Assembly: GCA_020058085.1 (NCBI GenBank)
Contig: JAGVER010000014.1
Span: forward strand, 33,747 to 97,746
Direction: 5' to 3'
DNA from: Candidatus Omnitrophota bacterium
GTDB taxonomy: Bacteria > Omnitrophota > Gorgyraeia > Gygaellales > Profunditerraquicolaceae
DNA: 64,000 bases
Part shown: positions 20,660-31,545 of the stretch, in pieces
Layout: each line of letters starts with the position of its first letter
How positions within the stretch are numbered: position 1 is the stretch's first letter
Program-made: the position numbers and the translations under genes
The notes under the pieces: model-generated
The model's input: the letters and a program-made list of their open reading frames with translations, nothing else
Told to the model about the DNA's origin: nothing
Databases searched by the model: none

Positions 20660-23600
20660 TTATCGTTTTTCTTTCTGTTTCTGTTTTTCTTCAATGAGCT
20701 TCTGGGTGATTTCCTGCGGAACTTGCAGGTATTTGGAGAACTCCATCGTAGCATTTGCGCGGCCTGATGAGAGGGAACGAAATGCGGTTGCATAACCGAA
20801 CATCTCAGATAATGGTACTTCGGCAGAGATAATTTTCTGTTTACCTTTAGCATCCATATTCAAAATCTTACCGCGATGCGAACAGATATAACCTACGCAG
20901 CCATTGACATACTCTTCCGGGGTAGCTACTTCTAAAGACATGTATGGCTCAAGCAGAATCGGCTTGGCCTTCATAAAGGCCTCTTTAAAACCAAAAATCC
21001 CGGCCATCTTAAAAGCAAGTTCCGAGGAATCTACATCATGAAATGATCCATCATAAAGTTCTACTTTCAAATCTACAATAGGATAGCCAACATACACGCC
21101 ATTCTGTATTGCTTCAATCACGCCTTTCTCTACCGCAGGAATAAATGAGCGCGGAATCGATCCTCCTTTTATAGAATCAATAAATTCAAACCCTTCTCCC
21201 GACGAAACAGGAATTAATCTTAACAAAGCGTGCCCATATTGTCCGCGGCCACCGGATTGTTTAATATATTTACCCTCACCCTCGGCTTCTTCGGTAATCG
21301 TCTCACGATAAGCAACTTTAGGTTGACCCACAATCGCCTCAACCCCAAACTCTTCTTTCAACCTATCCACAATAATCTCAAGGTGTAATTCTCCCATTCC
21401 GGTAAGCACAACTTCTTTAGTCTCTTCATCGGTATGCACCAGAAAAGTCGGGTCTTCTTCAGTAAGCTTAGCCAAACCCTTTCCAAGTTTATCCTGGTCT
21501 CCGCGGCTTTTCGGCTCAATACTTAAAGAAACAACCGGCGTAGGAAATTGTATCGCTTCTAATAAAATCGGGTGCTCCGAATCACAAAGCGTATCTCCGG
21601 TTACAGTATCATTTAATCCTGCTACTGCCACAATATCTCCGGTAAAAGCATATTCAATATTTTCGCGTTGATTAGCATGCATCTGCACAATACGAGCAAT
21701 TCTCTCTCTCTTGTCCTTAGTGGAATTTAAAGCATATGTTCCGGTCTCTAAACACCCGGAATAAACACGCACATAGACAATTTTACCCATATGCGGATCA
21801 GCCTGCACCTTAAAAGCAAGGCCTGAAAATGGTTCATTAATATCCGGATTGCGTAATAATATTTTTTCTTTATCATCTAAATCGTGGCCTTCTACCGCCG
21901 GCAGATCCAGAGGGGAAGGAAGATACATAGTAACAGCGTCAAGTAATTTCTGAACACCCTTATTCTTAAAAGCTGAACCGCAGATAACCGGCACAGCTTT
22001 ATTGGCTACGGTCCCCTTACGAATGGCGCTAACTAAATCTTCCGGAGTAATCGTTCCTTCACCTGACTCAAGATATTGTTTCATCAGGGCTTCATCAAAA
22101 ACCGTAGCCTTCTCAACCATTATATGTCGGTATTCCTTCGCTTTCTCCAAATAATCCTGCGGGATCTCTTCAACACGGTATTCCTTGCCTTGGGATTCTT
22201 CCTCATAAAAATAGGCTTTCATCTCTAACAAGTCAATTACACCCTTAAAACTATCTTCTGCGCCTAAGGGTATTTCTATAGGAATAGGATTCCCTCCTAA
22301 GTCCGCTTCAATTCCTTTTAAGACCGCGTAAAAATCAGCTCCGGTCCGGTCCATCTTATTTACAAATCCTATTTTAGGAACATTATATTTATTAGATTGA
22401 TGCCAGACTGTCTCTGACTGCGGCTCAATCCCTCCTACGGCGCAAAATACCGCTACCGCACCATCTAAAACACGTAAAGAACGCTCTACCTCAACCGTAA
22501 AATCCACATGTCCGGGAGTATCGATTATATTTATGCGGTAACCTTTCCAGAAACAAGTAGTTGCCGCAGAAGTAATAGTAATACCTCGTTCCTGTTCCTG
22601 CTTCATCCAATCCATAACCGCAGAACCATCATGTACCTCACCTATTTTGTGCGAACGTCCGGTATAAAAAAGGATCCTCTCGGTAGTAGTAGTTTTGCCG
22701 GCATCAATATGCGCCATAATTCCGATATTGCGCGTCTTATCTAATGCATATTTTGGTTTGGGCCGTGGTTGATCTTTAGGCTTAGACACTTCTTCAGCTG
22801 GTATGGTGCTCTCCTCTTTAAGAGGAGTAACGGGCGGCGCTTCAGGGGTAGGCACAACCACTTCTTCTTGTATAGGGGGCTTAGGTTCTTCTGCCTGCGG
22901 CTTAGGCTCCTCTTGCACTGGAGGCTTTAATTCTTCTTTAATCTCAATGGCTGGCTCTTCTTGAGTAACTTCTTTAGGTTTTTCCTCAGGCGGATTTTCC
23001 TCAAGAGATTTTTCTTCGGAAGTGCTTTTTTCAGAGTGCTTTTTTAAATTGACAATCTCTTCGGCGAAACTCTTTAGCTTCTCATCCTTATGTTCTAATT
23101 CCTTCTCTAATTCCGTATATTCTTCGTTTAATTTATTAAACTCCGCCTTGGGGACCCACTCGCTGATTTTTTCTTTGTTCTTAAATTCAAGGATTGTCTT
23201 GAGATGGTCTTTAATATCCTGTCCATTCTTTTCTATCCTGTGCTTCTGTATTTCAATCTGCTCGGATTGCTCTTTAATTATCTTATCCAATGCCTCTGAC
23301 TTTTCATTAAACTCCCTTATCTCTTTCTGTAGGTTTACATTTTTGGTGAACTCTTCCTGCGATTCTTTCTCTTTCCCCAGAAATTTATTTTTTAAATCTA
23401 AATTTTCCGCTTTGACTTTATTAAGCATCTCTTCAGATTTAGCTACCCATTCTTGCCTACGGTTTAATTCCTGTTTTAGTTCATCGTCCTTATTTGTTGC
23501 CTCTTGAAATTTAACTTTTTCCGCGGCAGAAGCGGATTTTGTTTTCTCAAGCTCTGCTTCTAAAGATTTAATCTTTTCCCCAAGCCCTGATATCTTCTGG

Positions 23601-23755
23601 TCGCGGAAATCCGGGAGCGAACTTAAAGAAGCAGAAATATCCTTTTTCTTCCGCTTCTTATTTTCATTAGAATCCCCGGAAGAAAAAAGGCTAAATAACG
23701 CATATATAATCATCCCTGCCGCGGGAATCAAAACTATTAATATTTGCTTATCCAT
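20660..23755 (-). CDS. EF-G-family translational GTPase with a membrane-anchor, coiled-coil and Pro-rich N-terminal extension
   Basis: C-terminal roughly 690 aa is a full EF-G ([33 protein letters not shown], domains II-V). The N-terminal roughly 340 aa carry a TM helix ([20 protein letters not shown]), about 200 aa of heptad-like Lys/Glu-rich sequence and a PEEKPK/EEPKP-rich linker. Confidence 0.75.
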   Translation of the reverse strand: MDKQILIVLIPAAGMIIYALFSLFSSGDSNENKKRKKKDISASLSSLPDFRDQKISGLGEKIKSLEAELEKTKSASAAEKVKFQEATNKDDELKQELNRRQEWVAKSEEMLNKVKAENLDLKNKFLGKEKESQEEFTKNVNLQKEIREFNEKSEALDKIIKEQSEQIEIQKHRIEKNGQDIKDHLKTILEFKNKEKISEWVPKAEFNKLNEEYTELEKELEHKDEKLKSFAEEIVNLKKHSEKSTSEEKSLEENPPEEKPKEVTQEEPAIEIKEELKPPVQEEPKPQAEEPKPPIQEEVVVPTPEAPPVTPLKEESTIPAEEVSKPKDQPRPKPKYALDKTRNIGIMAHIDAGKTTTTERILFYTGRSHKIGEVHDGSAVMDWMKQEQERGITITSAATTCFWKGYRINIIDTPGHVDFTVEVERSLRVLDGAVAVFCAVGGIEPQSETVWHQSNKYNVPKIGFVNKMDRTGADFYAVLKGIEADLGGNPIPIEIPLGAEDSFKGVIDLLEMKAYFYEEESQGKEYRVEEIPQDYLEKAKEYRHIMVEKATVFDEALMKQYLESGEGTITPEDLVSAIRKGTVANKAVPVICGSAFKNKGVQKLLDAVTMYLPSPLDLPAVEGHDLDDKEKILLRNPDINEPFSGLAFKVQADPHMGKIVYVRVYSGCLETGTYALNSTKDKRERIARIVQMHANQRENIEYAFTGDIVAVAGLNDTVTGDTLCDSEHPILLEAIQFPTPVVSLSIEPKSRGDQDKLGKGLAKLTEEDPTFLVHTDEETKEVVLTGMGELHLEIIVDRLKEEFGVEAIVGQPKVAYRETITEEAEGEGKYIKQSGGRGQYGHALLRLIPVSSGEGFEFIDSIKGGSIPRSFIPAVEKGVIEAIQNGVYVGYPIVDLKVELYDGSFHDVDSSELAFKMAGIFGFKEAFMKAKPILLEPYMSLEVATPEEYVNGCVGYICSHRGKILNMDAKGKQKIISAEVPLSEMFGYATAFRSLSSGRANATMEFSKYLQVPQEITQKLIEEKQKQKEKR

Positions 23756-23758
23756 ATT

Positions 23759-25066
23759 CTATTTCACGCTTTTACGCAACTTCTCCATGCGTTCTTTAAT
23801 CTTAGCTTCATACCCTATATCCGTAGGTTCATAGTAACGCACTTTCTTACGGGTGTATTTTTGTTTTACATAATGCCCTTCGTAATCATGGGCATATTTG
23901 TAATCTTTGCCGTGATTTAAAGTAGCACCATCTAAAGTAGCGTCTTTTAAGTGATCCGGGACCTCTTGCACCTTATTATTCTCTATATCTTGCATGGCTT
24001 TGTCAATGGCTAAGTAGCTGGCATTTGATTTAAGGGCGCAAGATATATAAATTACCGCTTGAGCCAATGGTATACGCGCTTCAGGCATCCCTACAAATTC
24101 TGAGATTTGTAACGCGGCATTAGCTAAAACCAAAGCCAGAGGATCGGCATTACCTACATCTTCAGCTGCTAAGATGCAGATCCTGCGCGCGATAAAACGA
24201 GGGTCTTCTCCGGCATAAAGCATCTTGGCCATCCAATAGAGCGCGGCGTCCGGATCGCTTCCGCGCATAGATTTAATAAATGCCGAAGCAGTATCATAGT
24301 GGCCATCTTCATCTTTATCGTAAACAACCGGTTTTTTCTGAATAGATTCCGCGGCAATCTCCAAATTAAGATTAATAAACCCGTCTTTTGATTTGGGGGT
24401 AGTGAGTACTCCTACCTCAAGGGCATTAAGCGCCCTACGAGCATCACCCTCACAGATATGCGCTAAAAATTCCAGCGCTTTATTTTCAGCTTTAACTTTT
24501 AAATTACCTAAACCTAAGTTTTTATCCTTTAAGGCTAAATTAAGAATAGTGATAATTTCATTTTCTTTTAGGGCCTTTAACTCGCAAACCAGGGAACGCG
24601 ATAAAAGCGGAGCAACGAGAGAAAAGAAAGGATTATGAACAGTAGCGCCAATAAGTATAGGATTCCCGCTCTCTATATCAGGAAGTAAAACATCCTGCTG
24701 TGCTTTATTAAAGCGATGGATCTCGTCGATAAAAAGAATCGTCTTCTTGCTGGTATTTATCTGCTTCTGCTTAGCGACAGCTATTGCCTTGCGCAGTTCA
24801 TCAACATTAGATGTCGTGGCATTGATTGCCGTATAGTTGGCCTTACTGATATTGGCAATACACCAAGCCAGGGAAGTCTTTCCTGTACCCGGAGGGCCAA
24901 ATAGAATAAGAGAACTTAAACGATCGGCCTCGATTGCCCGGCGTAAAAGTTTTCCTTTACCTATTATATGAGTTTGTCCAACATAAGAATCTAGAGATGC
25001 CGGACGCATACGTACGGCTAAAGGCAGGTCTTTAGAACTAAGCTCCTTTTCTTCGAAGAAATCCAT
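23759..25066 (-). CDS. rarA: replication-associated recombination protein A (AAA+ ATPase)
   Basis: LILFGPPGTGKTSLA Walker A, DEIHRFNK and MgsA C-terminal domains. 435 aa. Confidence 0.8.
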   Translation of the reverse strand: MDFFEEKELSSKDLPLAVRMRPASLDSYVGQTHIIGKGKLLRRAIEADRLSSLILFGPPGTGKTSLAWCIANISKANYTAINATTSNVDELRKAIAVAKQKQINTSKKTILFIDEIHRFNKAQQDVLLPDIESGNPILIGATVHNPFFSLVAPLLSRSLVCELKALKENEIITILNLALKDKNLGLGNLKVKAENKALEFLAHICEGDARRALNALEVGVLTTPKSKDGFINLNLEIAAESIQKKPVVYDKDEDGHYDTASAFIKSMRGSDPDAALYWMAKMLYAGEDPRFIARRICILAAEDVGNADPLALVLANAALQISEFVGMPEARIPLAQAVIYISCALKSNASYLAIDKAMQDIENNKVQEVPDHLKDATLDGATLNHGKDYKYAHDYEGHYVKQKYTRKKVRYYEPTDIGYEAKIKERMEKLRKSVK

Positions 25067-25130
25067 GACTTATTTTAACACAAAAGGCAGGCTATATAAA
25101 CAAAAAGGTGCGTGAAATAGAATATCGCAG

Positions 25131-25955
25131 TTAATTATTAATAGTAGATAAAATATCACTATAGATATCGAGGACATTGTCATCTTCCAGATGAAGAAAA
25201 TGCCCGACATTCTTAATAATTTTCATTTTGCAATTCGGGATTTGCGCGGCCAAAAATTTAACATCCTCAAGGTCTATGATTGTATCCTTCTCGCCGTTCA
25301 ATAATATAGTTTCAACTTTAATATTTTTAAAATCAACTATATCACCTAAACTTTTCGCCGAGAGTATAAACAAACCATGCTCGCAGAAGGCGCGCAGACT
25401 CTCCTTACTCATCGCGGAGAATTGTTTGGATATTCTTTCCTTAATCTGCCCCGGTAAATTCTCGCCGAAGCTCTTAATAAGGACTTGCGCCATTGCCTTA
25501 CGTTCACGATCATCCATATTGCAGCCTTTTTTAATGGTTTCAACCATTTTCTTATTCGGCCTTGTCCCCATCCCCGCTAATATCAACCGCTTAACGAGTT
25601 GGGGATATTTCGTAGCAAAAACCATAGCGACAACCCCTCCCCACGAAGCAGAACATAAAACAATATTAGAAGCGCCTGTTGCCTTGATTACTCCGCTTAA
25701 AATCTCAACTTGTTCATCAATAGACGCGCTTAGTGAACCACTCTCAACAGAAGATTTACCTTGTCCCGGAAAATCAAATAAGATAATCTTGTGGTCTTGA
25801 GAAAAACGACTGACAAAACTATGCCACATCGCCATGGATTGCTGAACACCATTTAAACAGACAAGATGAAGGCCATCATTCCCGTAAACACGATAAGGAA
25901 TAATGAACCTTTTTATCTTAACCTGTCCCTTAGTAATCGCTGGTAAAACCTTCAT
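25131..25955 (-). CDS. alpha/beta-fold hydrolase
   Basis: 274 aa. Nucleophile-elbow-like LCSASWGG and a C-terminal NVGHFLHLE (catalytic His). Confidence 0.5.
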   Translation of the reverse strand: MKVLPAITKGQVKIKRFIIPYRVYGNDGLHLVCLNGVQQSMAMWHSFVSRFSQDHKIILFDFPGQGKSSVESGSLSASIDEQVEILSGVIKATGASNIVLCSASWGGVVAMVFATKYPQLVKRLILAGMGTRPNKKMVETIKKGCNMDDRERKAMAQVLIKSFGENLPGQIKERISKQFSAMSKESLRAFCEHGLFILSAKSLGDIVDFKNIKVETILLNGEKDTIIDLEDVKFLAAQIPNCKMKIIKNVGHFLHLEDDNVLDIYSDILSTINN

Positions 25956-26030
25956 TGCTCACTATCTCCCTTAAAGAATATTATTTAGCTTATCATTATT
26001 TTATTCTTATCTCCAGCATTCTTTAACCTT

Positions 26031-26714
26031 TTATCCATTATAGAGGTTCCCATCAATGATGCGAACGATGCGACGCGCATAATGAGATACCATGTCATCA
26101 TGAGTAACTAAAAGAATTGTCGTCTTATGCTCCTCATTTATTTTTTGTAATAAACCGAGGGTGTTTTTAGCATTACCACTATCTAAATTTCCTGTCGGCT
26201 CATCTGCTAAAATGCATTGAGGCTCGTGGAGTAAGGCGCGCGCGATGCATACCCGCTGACGTTCCCCTGCAGATAGGGTTTCTACCCGCGAATTTATTTT
26301 CTCGCGGATATTTAAATATTCAAGATACATCTCTGCTTTCTTAATTGTGGAAGCGGGAAGACTAAACTGATACAGAGAGGGAAACAACATATTTTCTAAT
26401 GCCGTAAAACGCGGATAGAGATAAAAATCCTGGAAGACAAAACCAATATTATTCCTACGGTAAAGAGCCTTGTTCTTTACAATCTCAAGGGGTTTTTCCT
26501 GGAAATATATTTCGCCGGAGGTAGGTTTAAGCAAGCCTGCCAAGAGATAAAGAAGCGTACTCTTGCCGCTTCCGCTTGGCCCTTTAATCCCCACAAATTC
26601 TCCCTTGGTAACCGTAAAACTTAAATCACGTAGAGCGAAAGATTGTGTTTGCGGATAGAATTTTCGTAAGTTAACAGTCCGGAAAATGTTTTCTCTGCAA
26701 GAACATTTATTCAC
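26031..26714 (-). CDS. ABC transporter ATP-binding protein (LolD/MacB-like)
   Basis: GPSGSGKSTLL, LSAGERQRV and ILADEPTGNLD motifs. Confidence 0.8.
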   Translation of the reverse strand: MNKCSCRENIFRTVNLRKFYPQTQSFALRDLSFTVTKGEFVGIKGPSGSGKSTLLYLLAGLLKPTSGEIYFQEKPLEIVKNKALYRRNNIGFVFQDFYLYPRFTALENMLFPSLYQFSLPASTIKKAEMYLEYLNIREKINSRVETLSAGERQRVCIARALLHEPQCILADEPTGNLDSGNAKNTLGLLQKINEEHKTTILLVTHDDMVSHYARRIVRIIDGNLYNG

Positions 26715-27861
26715 TTCTTATAATCTCCACAGGATTAGAATTCAGTGTTATCCAGGTAGGGACTGCCGCAGCAAAAACCGCACTCCCTAAAATAATCCCT
26801 GTAATTTTTAGTATAAAAACAATTCCTAGCGTAGGAACAAGCGCATTGATGCCAGTTATACCAAAGATGTATGCTGTCCCTTTAAAACCCAGCAATATTC
26901 CAAGAGCGCCCCCGATGAATGCGACGATTAAAGATTCACAAATAAAAAGCAAAGCGATTTCAACCTTCTGCCATCCCAAAGCAAGTAAGATAGCGAGAAG
27001 CTTGCGTTTTTCAAAACTGGAAGTAACCATAGTATTAGCTAAGCCCAAGGCCACCGCGATAACAGTAATCAAGCTCACGAGAAAAGAAAATTGTTCTCCC
27101 ATTACAATGAATTTTGTCTTTTCGGAAACAAATGCGTCCGCTCTCATAGCCGCGATGGTCGGAAAAAGACGCTCGATCTCTTTTATCGTGCTCTCAATCA
27201 TAGCTTCCGATCGATACTGAGGCTTTAACTTTACGTTAATAAAAGTTGCCTTGCCTTCTTCATGGATTGTTTTCTGAAGATCTGCTAATGGCATCAGCAC
27301 AGCAAATTGTTCAAAAGGACTACTGCTCTTAAACACACCGACAACAATAAATGAGACCCCTTTGATTTTGATCTCTTTTTCATTTTCTTTCCCTAAACTC
27401 CTCGCCAGGGAATCACCGACCATGACTTCTTTTTTCCCAAGAGCAGGCCTCCTGCCATGGATAAGTTCAACGGCGTCAAATAAAAAGCTGTTCTCTTCCC
27501 ATCCAAAGACAGGAACCGCAACTCCTTTGATTTTATGAAGATATAAAAGCGTAGCCGAAGCATCCTCTATGGCCGAAATTCCTTGAATTTCTTGCGTAAG
27601 GTGTGCATCCACTCTGCTCAACAAAATACTCAACTGATCTTTCTCTTCAATAATTATCTCTATCTGGCGTTTACCATAAATATCTTTAAAAGAATTTTTT
27701 ATGCTTTCCCCTATACCTAGCATAATAATGCATACAGATACCCCAATACTAACCCCGCAAATAGTAAGGAAGACACGCATTTTTTTCTGAAAGATGTCTT
27801 TAACTAAAAAATATAATATATTCATAAGATTGATCCTGCTCGATAAAAAAAATCCCCGCAT
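26707..27861 (-). CDS. ABC transporter permease, FtsX/LolCE family
   Basis: 384 aa with an N-terminal TM, a periplasmic domain and 3 C-terminal TM helices. Cotranscribed with the ATPase. Confidence 0.65.
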   Translation of the reverse strand: MRGFFLSSRINLMNILYFLVKDIFQKKMRVFLTICGVSIGVSVCIIMLGIGESIKNSFKDIYGKRQIEIIIEEKDQLSILLSRVDAHLTQEIQGISAIEDASATLLYLHKIKGVAVPVFGWEENSFLFDAVELIHGRRPALGKKEVMVGDSLARSLGKENEKEIKIKGVSFIVVGVFKSSSPFEQFAVLMPLADLQKTIHEEGKATFINVKLKPQYRSEAMIESTIKEIERLFPTIAAMRADAFVSEKTKFIVMGEQFSFLVSLITVIAVALGLANTMVTSSFEKRKLLAILLALGWQKVEIALLFICESLIVAFIGGALGILLGFKGTAYIFGITGINALVPTLGIVFILKITGIILGSAVFAAAVPTWITLNSNPVEIIRSE

Positions 27862-28062
27862 CGTGCCGTCGGACTGAATAGCTTGAACCAGTTTATTTTA
27901 AGGTGGGTGCCCTCTCTCGGATGCTTAAGGCATACGTGAATACGGGCTCCCTTGATATTTTTGTTGGTTCAAAAATTATCAAATTTCCGACGCGCACAGC
28001 AGGGATATCTAAAAGAGCGATTTCTAGAAAAAGTATAGCATATATCCCGGAAAAGTCAATCC

Positions 28063-30087
28063 CTACCTTATTTTGGCGCTAAATAACTCTGTTAGCATCG
28101 AGCAAATGAGTTTATGTACCGGTATAATCTCTTCTTCGGTTAAAGTACGCTCGCTAGAACCATAAGTGCAGGATAGGGTCAGCCCCCGGTATCCAGCAGG
28201 TATTTGTCTACCTTTATAATAATCTGTTATCTCTAGACTGCGCAATAAAGGCCGCCCTTTTTCTTGTAATACAGAAAGTAGATCCTTAACGGAATTTTCT
28301 TGCTTTAGAATAAAACTTATATCTCGAGTGATCCCCGGGTATCTTGGTAAGGGTACATATCTTTTGCCCAAATTGGCAAGAGTGAGGATTTTTTCTAAAG
28401 ATACCTCCAGCGTAAAAACATCTTTATTCTTTATGTTAAATTTATCCAGCAATGCTGAATCTAACGTCGATATTAAACCAACGGGTTCCTTATTCAGACA
28501 AATATCCACCTTAAATCCATGAGCTTGATTGATAAATTCGTAATTTTTTATCCCAAGCCTTGTAAAAAGTGCTTCTATTATACCTTTCAAATTTAACAAC
28601 CCTAGCTCATCTTTAAACGCAGCCTCATTCAAGAGCATTTTCTTGGTTCCGCTTAAGGCTATCCCTAATCTGAGCTCTTCATGAGGAGTATTATTTATTC
28701 TTAGAAAAACATTGCCTATCTCAAAAAGAGCGGCGTATTCTAGTTTTTGGTTTAAATTGTGCGCGATTGCACGAATTAGACCTGGGAGAAGAGTCGTCCT
28801 TAAAAATCCCTGTTCCTGGCTTAAGGGATTCATAATCTCTATGGCGCCAAAAGCAGGATTAAGATCATTTAATATCTTTGAATCCGTTAGGCTATAAGTA
28901 ATTGCCTCGTTTAATCCTAAGCCAATTAGGATGTTCTTGATATTAGAGACTAAATCCCTTCTCTCCCTTATGTTTACCTTGGGTAAAACTTTAGGTAGAC
29001 TTATAGGAATATGCTCATAACCGAATATACGAGCAATTTCTTCAATTAAATCCTCTGGCAAATTCACATCTTGCCTGAAAGACGGTATCCCTACACTGAA
29101 AACATTCTTTGATCTCTCTTTCACTATAAAACCAAGTTTAGATAAAATCTGTTTTACTTTTATTGCGCTTATATTCACACCCAATATTCTTGTCAGATCA
29201 GGAAGGTTTAAAATAATCTCTCTCGCCTTAGGCTTAACGGACCCGTTAACTTTATATAAAATTTCGCTTCCTCCGCAAATTTCGCTTATTAACTCTACGG
29301 CTCTTGATGATGCCTTTTCTGCTATCCCTGTATCTACCCCTCTTTCAAACCTATAGCTGGCTTCACTCTGTAAACCCAGCTCCTGCCTTCCTCGGCGCAC
29401 CAAAACAGGATTAAATACCGCTGCTTCTAATAGAATATTCTTAGTAGTAAAACCGACTTCAGTATTGCTCCCACCCATTACTCCAGCTATAGCCACTGAC
29501 CTCTCCCTATCTGCAATAACTAATATATTCCGGCTCAAGGTTCTTTCAATGCCATCAATAGTCAAAATCTTTTCGCCCAGCTTGCCCCGACGTACAAATA
29601 TCTTATCTTGGATCAATTTATCCAAATCAAACGCGTGCAACGGCTCACCTAACTCAAATAATACATAGTTAGTAATATCTACGAGATTGTTCACACTGCG
29701 GCAACCCACTAACTCCAACCTCTTGCTTAACCATTCTGGAGATGGCCCAACTTTTACACCATTAATAATCCTAGCAGCATACAAAGAACAGTCTTTTTTA
29801 TTCTCGATCTCTATCTTTAAGGAGCTGCGGTTTTTTATTTTTTTCGTTGGCTTATAATTCTCAACTTTGAGTTTAGCATTGGTAATCGCCGCAACTTCTC
29901 TAGCTATACCTGAAAGGCTCAACCAATCCGGACGATTAGAAGTAATTTCAATCTCTAGGACGAAATCCCCTGACTTCTCTTCCAGAGAGACTACTTCCAG
30001 GCCGGCCATAGTAAGTTTATCCGCTAACTCCCGAGGAGAAATCTTAATATCCACAAAATCCTTTAGCCAATTATAAGTTATCTTCAT
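28063..30087 (-). CDS. pheT: phenylalanyl-tRNA synthetase beta subunit (short form)
   Basis: 674 aa with tRNA-binding, B3/B4, B5 and FDX-ACB domains. Follows pheS with a 1-nt gap. Confidence 0.8.
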   Translation of the reverse strand: MKITYNWLKDFVDIKISPRELADKLTMAGLEVVSLEEKSGDFVLEIEITSNRPDWLSLSGIAREVAAITNAKLKVENYKPTKKIKNRSSLKIEIENKKDCSLYAARIINGVKVGPSPEWLSKRLELVGCRSVNNLVDITNYVLFELGEPLHAFDLDKLIQDKIFVRRGKLGEKILTIDGIERTLSRNILVIADRERSVAIAGVMGGSNTEVGFTTKNILLEAAVFNPVLVRRGRQELGLQSEASYRFERGVDTGIAEKASSRAVELISEICGGSEILYKVNGSVKPKAREIILNLPDLTRILGVNISAIKVKQILSKLGFIVKERSKNVFSVGIPSFRQDVNLPEDLIEEIARIFGYEHIPISLPKVLPKVNIRERRDLVSNIKNILIGLGLNEAITYSLTDSKILNDLNPAFGAIEIMNPLSQEQGFLRTTLLPGLIRAIAHNLNQKLEYAALFEIGNVFLRINNTPHEELRLGIALSGTKKMLLNEAAFKDELGLLNLKGIIEALFTRLGIKNYEFINQAHGFKVDICLNKEPVGLISTLDSALLDKFNIKNKDVFTLEVSLEKILTLANLGKRYVPLPRYPGITRDISFILKQENSVKDLLSVLQEKGRPLLRSLEITDYYKGRQIPAGYRGLTLSCTYGSSERTLTEEEIIPVHKLICSMLTELFSAKIR

Positions 30088-30088
30088 A

Positions 30089-31102
30089 TTAGAACTGCCT
30101 CAAAAATCTTAAATCATTCTCAAAAAATAACCTTATATCATTTATCCCGTATTTAAGCATGGCGATTCTCTCAACCCCCATGCCAAAGGCAAAACCAGTA
30201 TATTCCTTAGAATTGATGCCAACATGATTAAAAACATTGGGATGAATCATTCCTGAACCTAAAATCTCAAGCCAGCCTTTTCTACCGCAAACAGAACATC
30301 CTATTCCTTTACAGATAATGCAGGATATATCTACTTCTGCTGAAGGCTCGGTGAAAGGAAAAAAATGCGGCCGGAAACGCATCTTAATATCTTTACCAAA
30401 GATAGCCTTAGAAAACTCTTCGAGTACCCCCTTCAAATCCGAAAATCTAATCCCCTTATCTACCATAAAACCTTCTACTTGATGAAACATAAAAGAATGT
30501 GAAGCATCTACGGCATCCGGGCGATAAACGCGACCAGGGACAATTATCGCTAAAGGTACCTTGCGATCCTTCATCGCGCGCACCTGAACTGGCGAGGTAT
30601 GACTACGCAAAAGCATTTTTGAGTAATCTTTTAAATAGAATGTATCAAATGCCTCACGAGAAGGATGTTCTAAGGGTATATTCAAACCGGTAAAATTATT
30701 ATATTCGCTTTCAATCTCCGGACCTTCAACTATAGAAAAACCCATACGGTTAAATATAGTGCAAATCTCCTCGGTGACTTGAGTCAAGGGATGTAAATGC
30801 CCTAATTCTTGAACGATCCCCGGCATTCCAATATCAAAAGAAGCAGATTCTCTTGGACTATTATTAGCAGAATTTCCTCTCTGCTTTTCTTCAAGCAGTA
30901 AAGAGAGCTTATTTTTAAGGGCATTAACTTGCTGGCCAAAAGAAGCGCGTTCACCCTGAGATAGGGTAGGTATAGTTGCAGTTAGCTGGGCAACAATTCC
31001 TTTTCTTCCCAAGTACTTAAGGCGAAATTGTTCTAGGTTCTCAGGAGAATTTATATTATTTATTTCTAGATCTATTTCCGCAAGAATAATGTTAATATCC
31101 AT
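30089..31102 (-). CDS. pheS: phenylalanyl-tRNA synthetase alpha subunit
   Basis: Class II aaRS motifs (FRPHFFPFTEPS, GFAFGMGVERIAM). Confidence 0.85.
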   Translation of the reverse strand: MDINIILAEIDLEINNINSPENLEQFRLKYLGRKGIVAQLTATIPTLSQGERASFGQQVNALKNKLSLLLEEKQRGNSANNSPRESASFDIGMPGIVQELGHLHPLTQVTEEICTIFNRMGFSIVEGPEIESEYNNFTGLNIPLEHPSREAFDTFYLKDYSKMLLRSHTSPVQVRAMKDRKVPLAIIVPGRVYRPDAVDASHSFMFHQVEGFMVDKGIRFSDLKGVLEEFSKAIFGKDIKMRFRPHFFPFTEPSAEVDISCIICKGIGCSVCGRKGWLEILGSGMIHPNVFNHVGINSKEYTGFAFGMGVERIAMLKYGINDIRLFFENDLRFLRQF

Positions 31103-31545
31103 ACCGAAAATAATACCCCCAATAAGATTAAAACTTGGCTTACTTTAGACGGATTTAGCCTTTCCCGTACAAACTTTCCGGAGTCTGTCTTTCGCAAGGT
31201 TTGCGCATGTAAGTCTAAATCTCCCCCATGCTTAGAACAAGCGCGATTAAAAATTCCGGAGACCTCAATAATGTCTCCTTTTGCCTTATAACTTCCAGTA
31301 TAAACAATTTCTTTGGTAAGTGTTAAAGGGACCCATATGCCAATGGCATTTACTCCATCATGGAGATTTACCCAAGCGAAATCACCGCGCGTCATTACAT
31401 CTCCGATCACTTCACCCTTATAGGTAACGGCTTCACCGTCATAGAGTTTCGCATTATTAACTAATTCGCTACTAGAGATCCCTTGAGCTAATGCAAAATC
31501 AAATATCAACAATAAAATAATAAATACATAAATTGATTTTTTCAT
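31072..31545 (-). CDS. small secreted/membrane-anchored hypothetical protein
   Basis: Signal peptide MKKSIYVFIILLLIFDFALAQ and a C-terminal TM helix. 157 aa. Confidence 0.4.
   Translation of the reverse strand: MKKSIYVFIILLLIFDFALAQGISSSELVNNAKLYDGEAVTYKGEVIGDVMTRGDFAWVNLHDGVNAIGIWVPLTLTKEIVYTGSYKAKGDIIEVSGIFNRACSKHGGDLDLHAQTLRKTDSGKFVRERLNPSKVSQVLILLGVLFSVWILTLFLRK

Noticed and set aside
25228-25800. Long antisense ORF of 190 aa inside the alpha/beta hydrolase gene. Similar antisense ORFs lie at 23022..23507, 57026..57529, 60241..60804, 60852..61358 and 11973..12392.
   Set aside because: They lie wholly inside well-supported genes on the opposite strand, have Ser/Leu/Cys-rich low-complexity translations typical of antisense frames in AT-rich DNA, and have no ribosome-binding sites.
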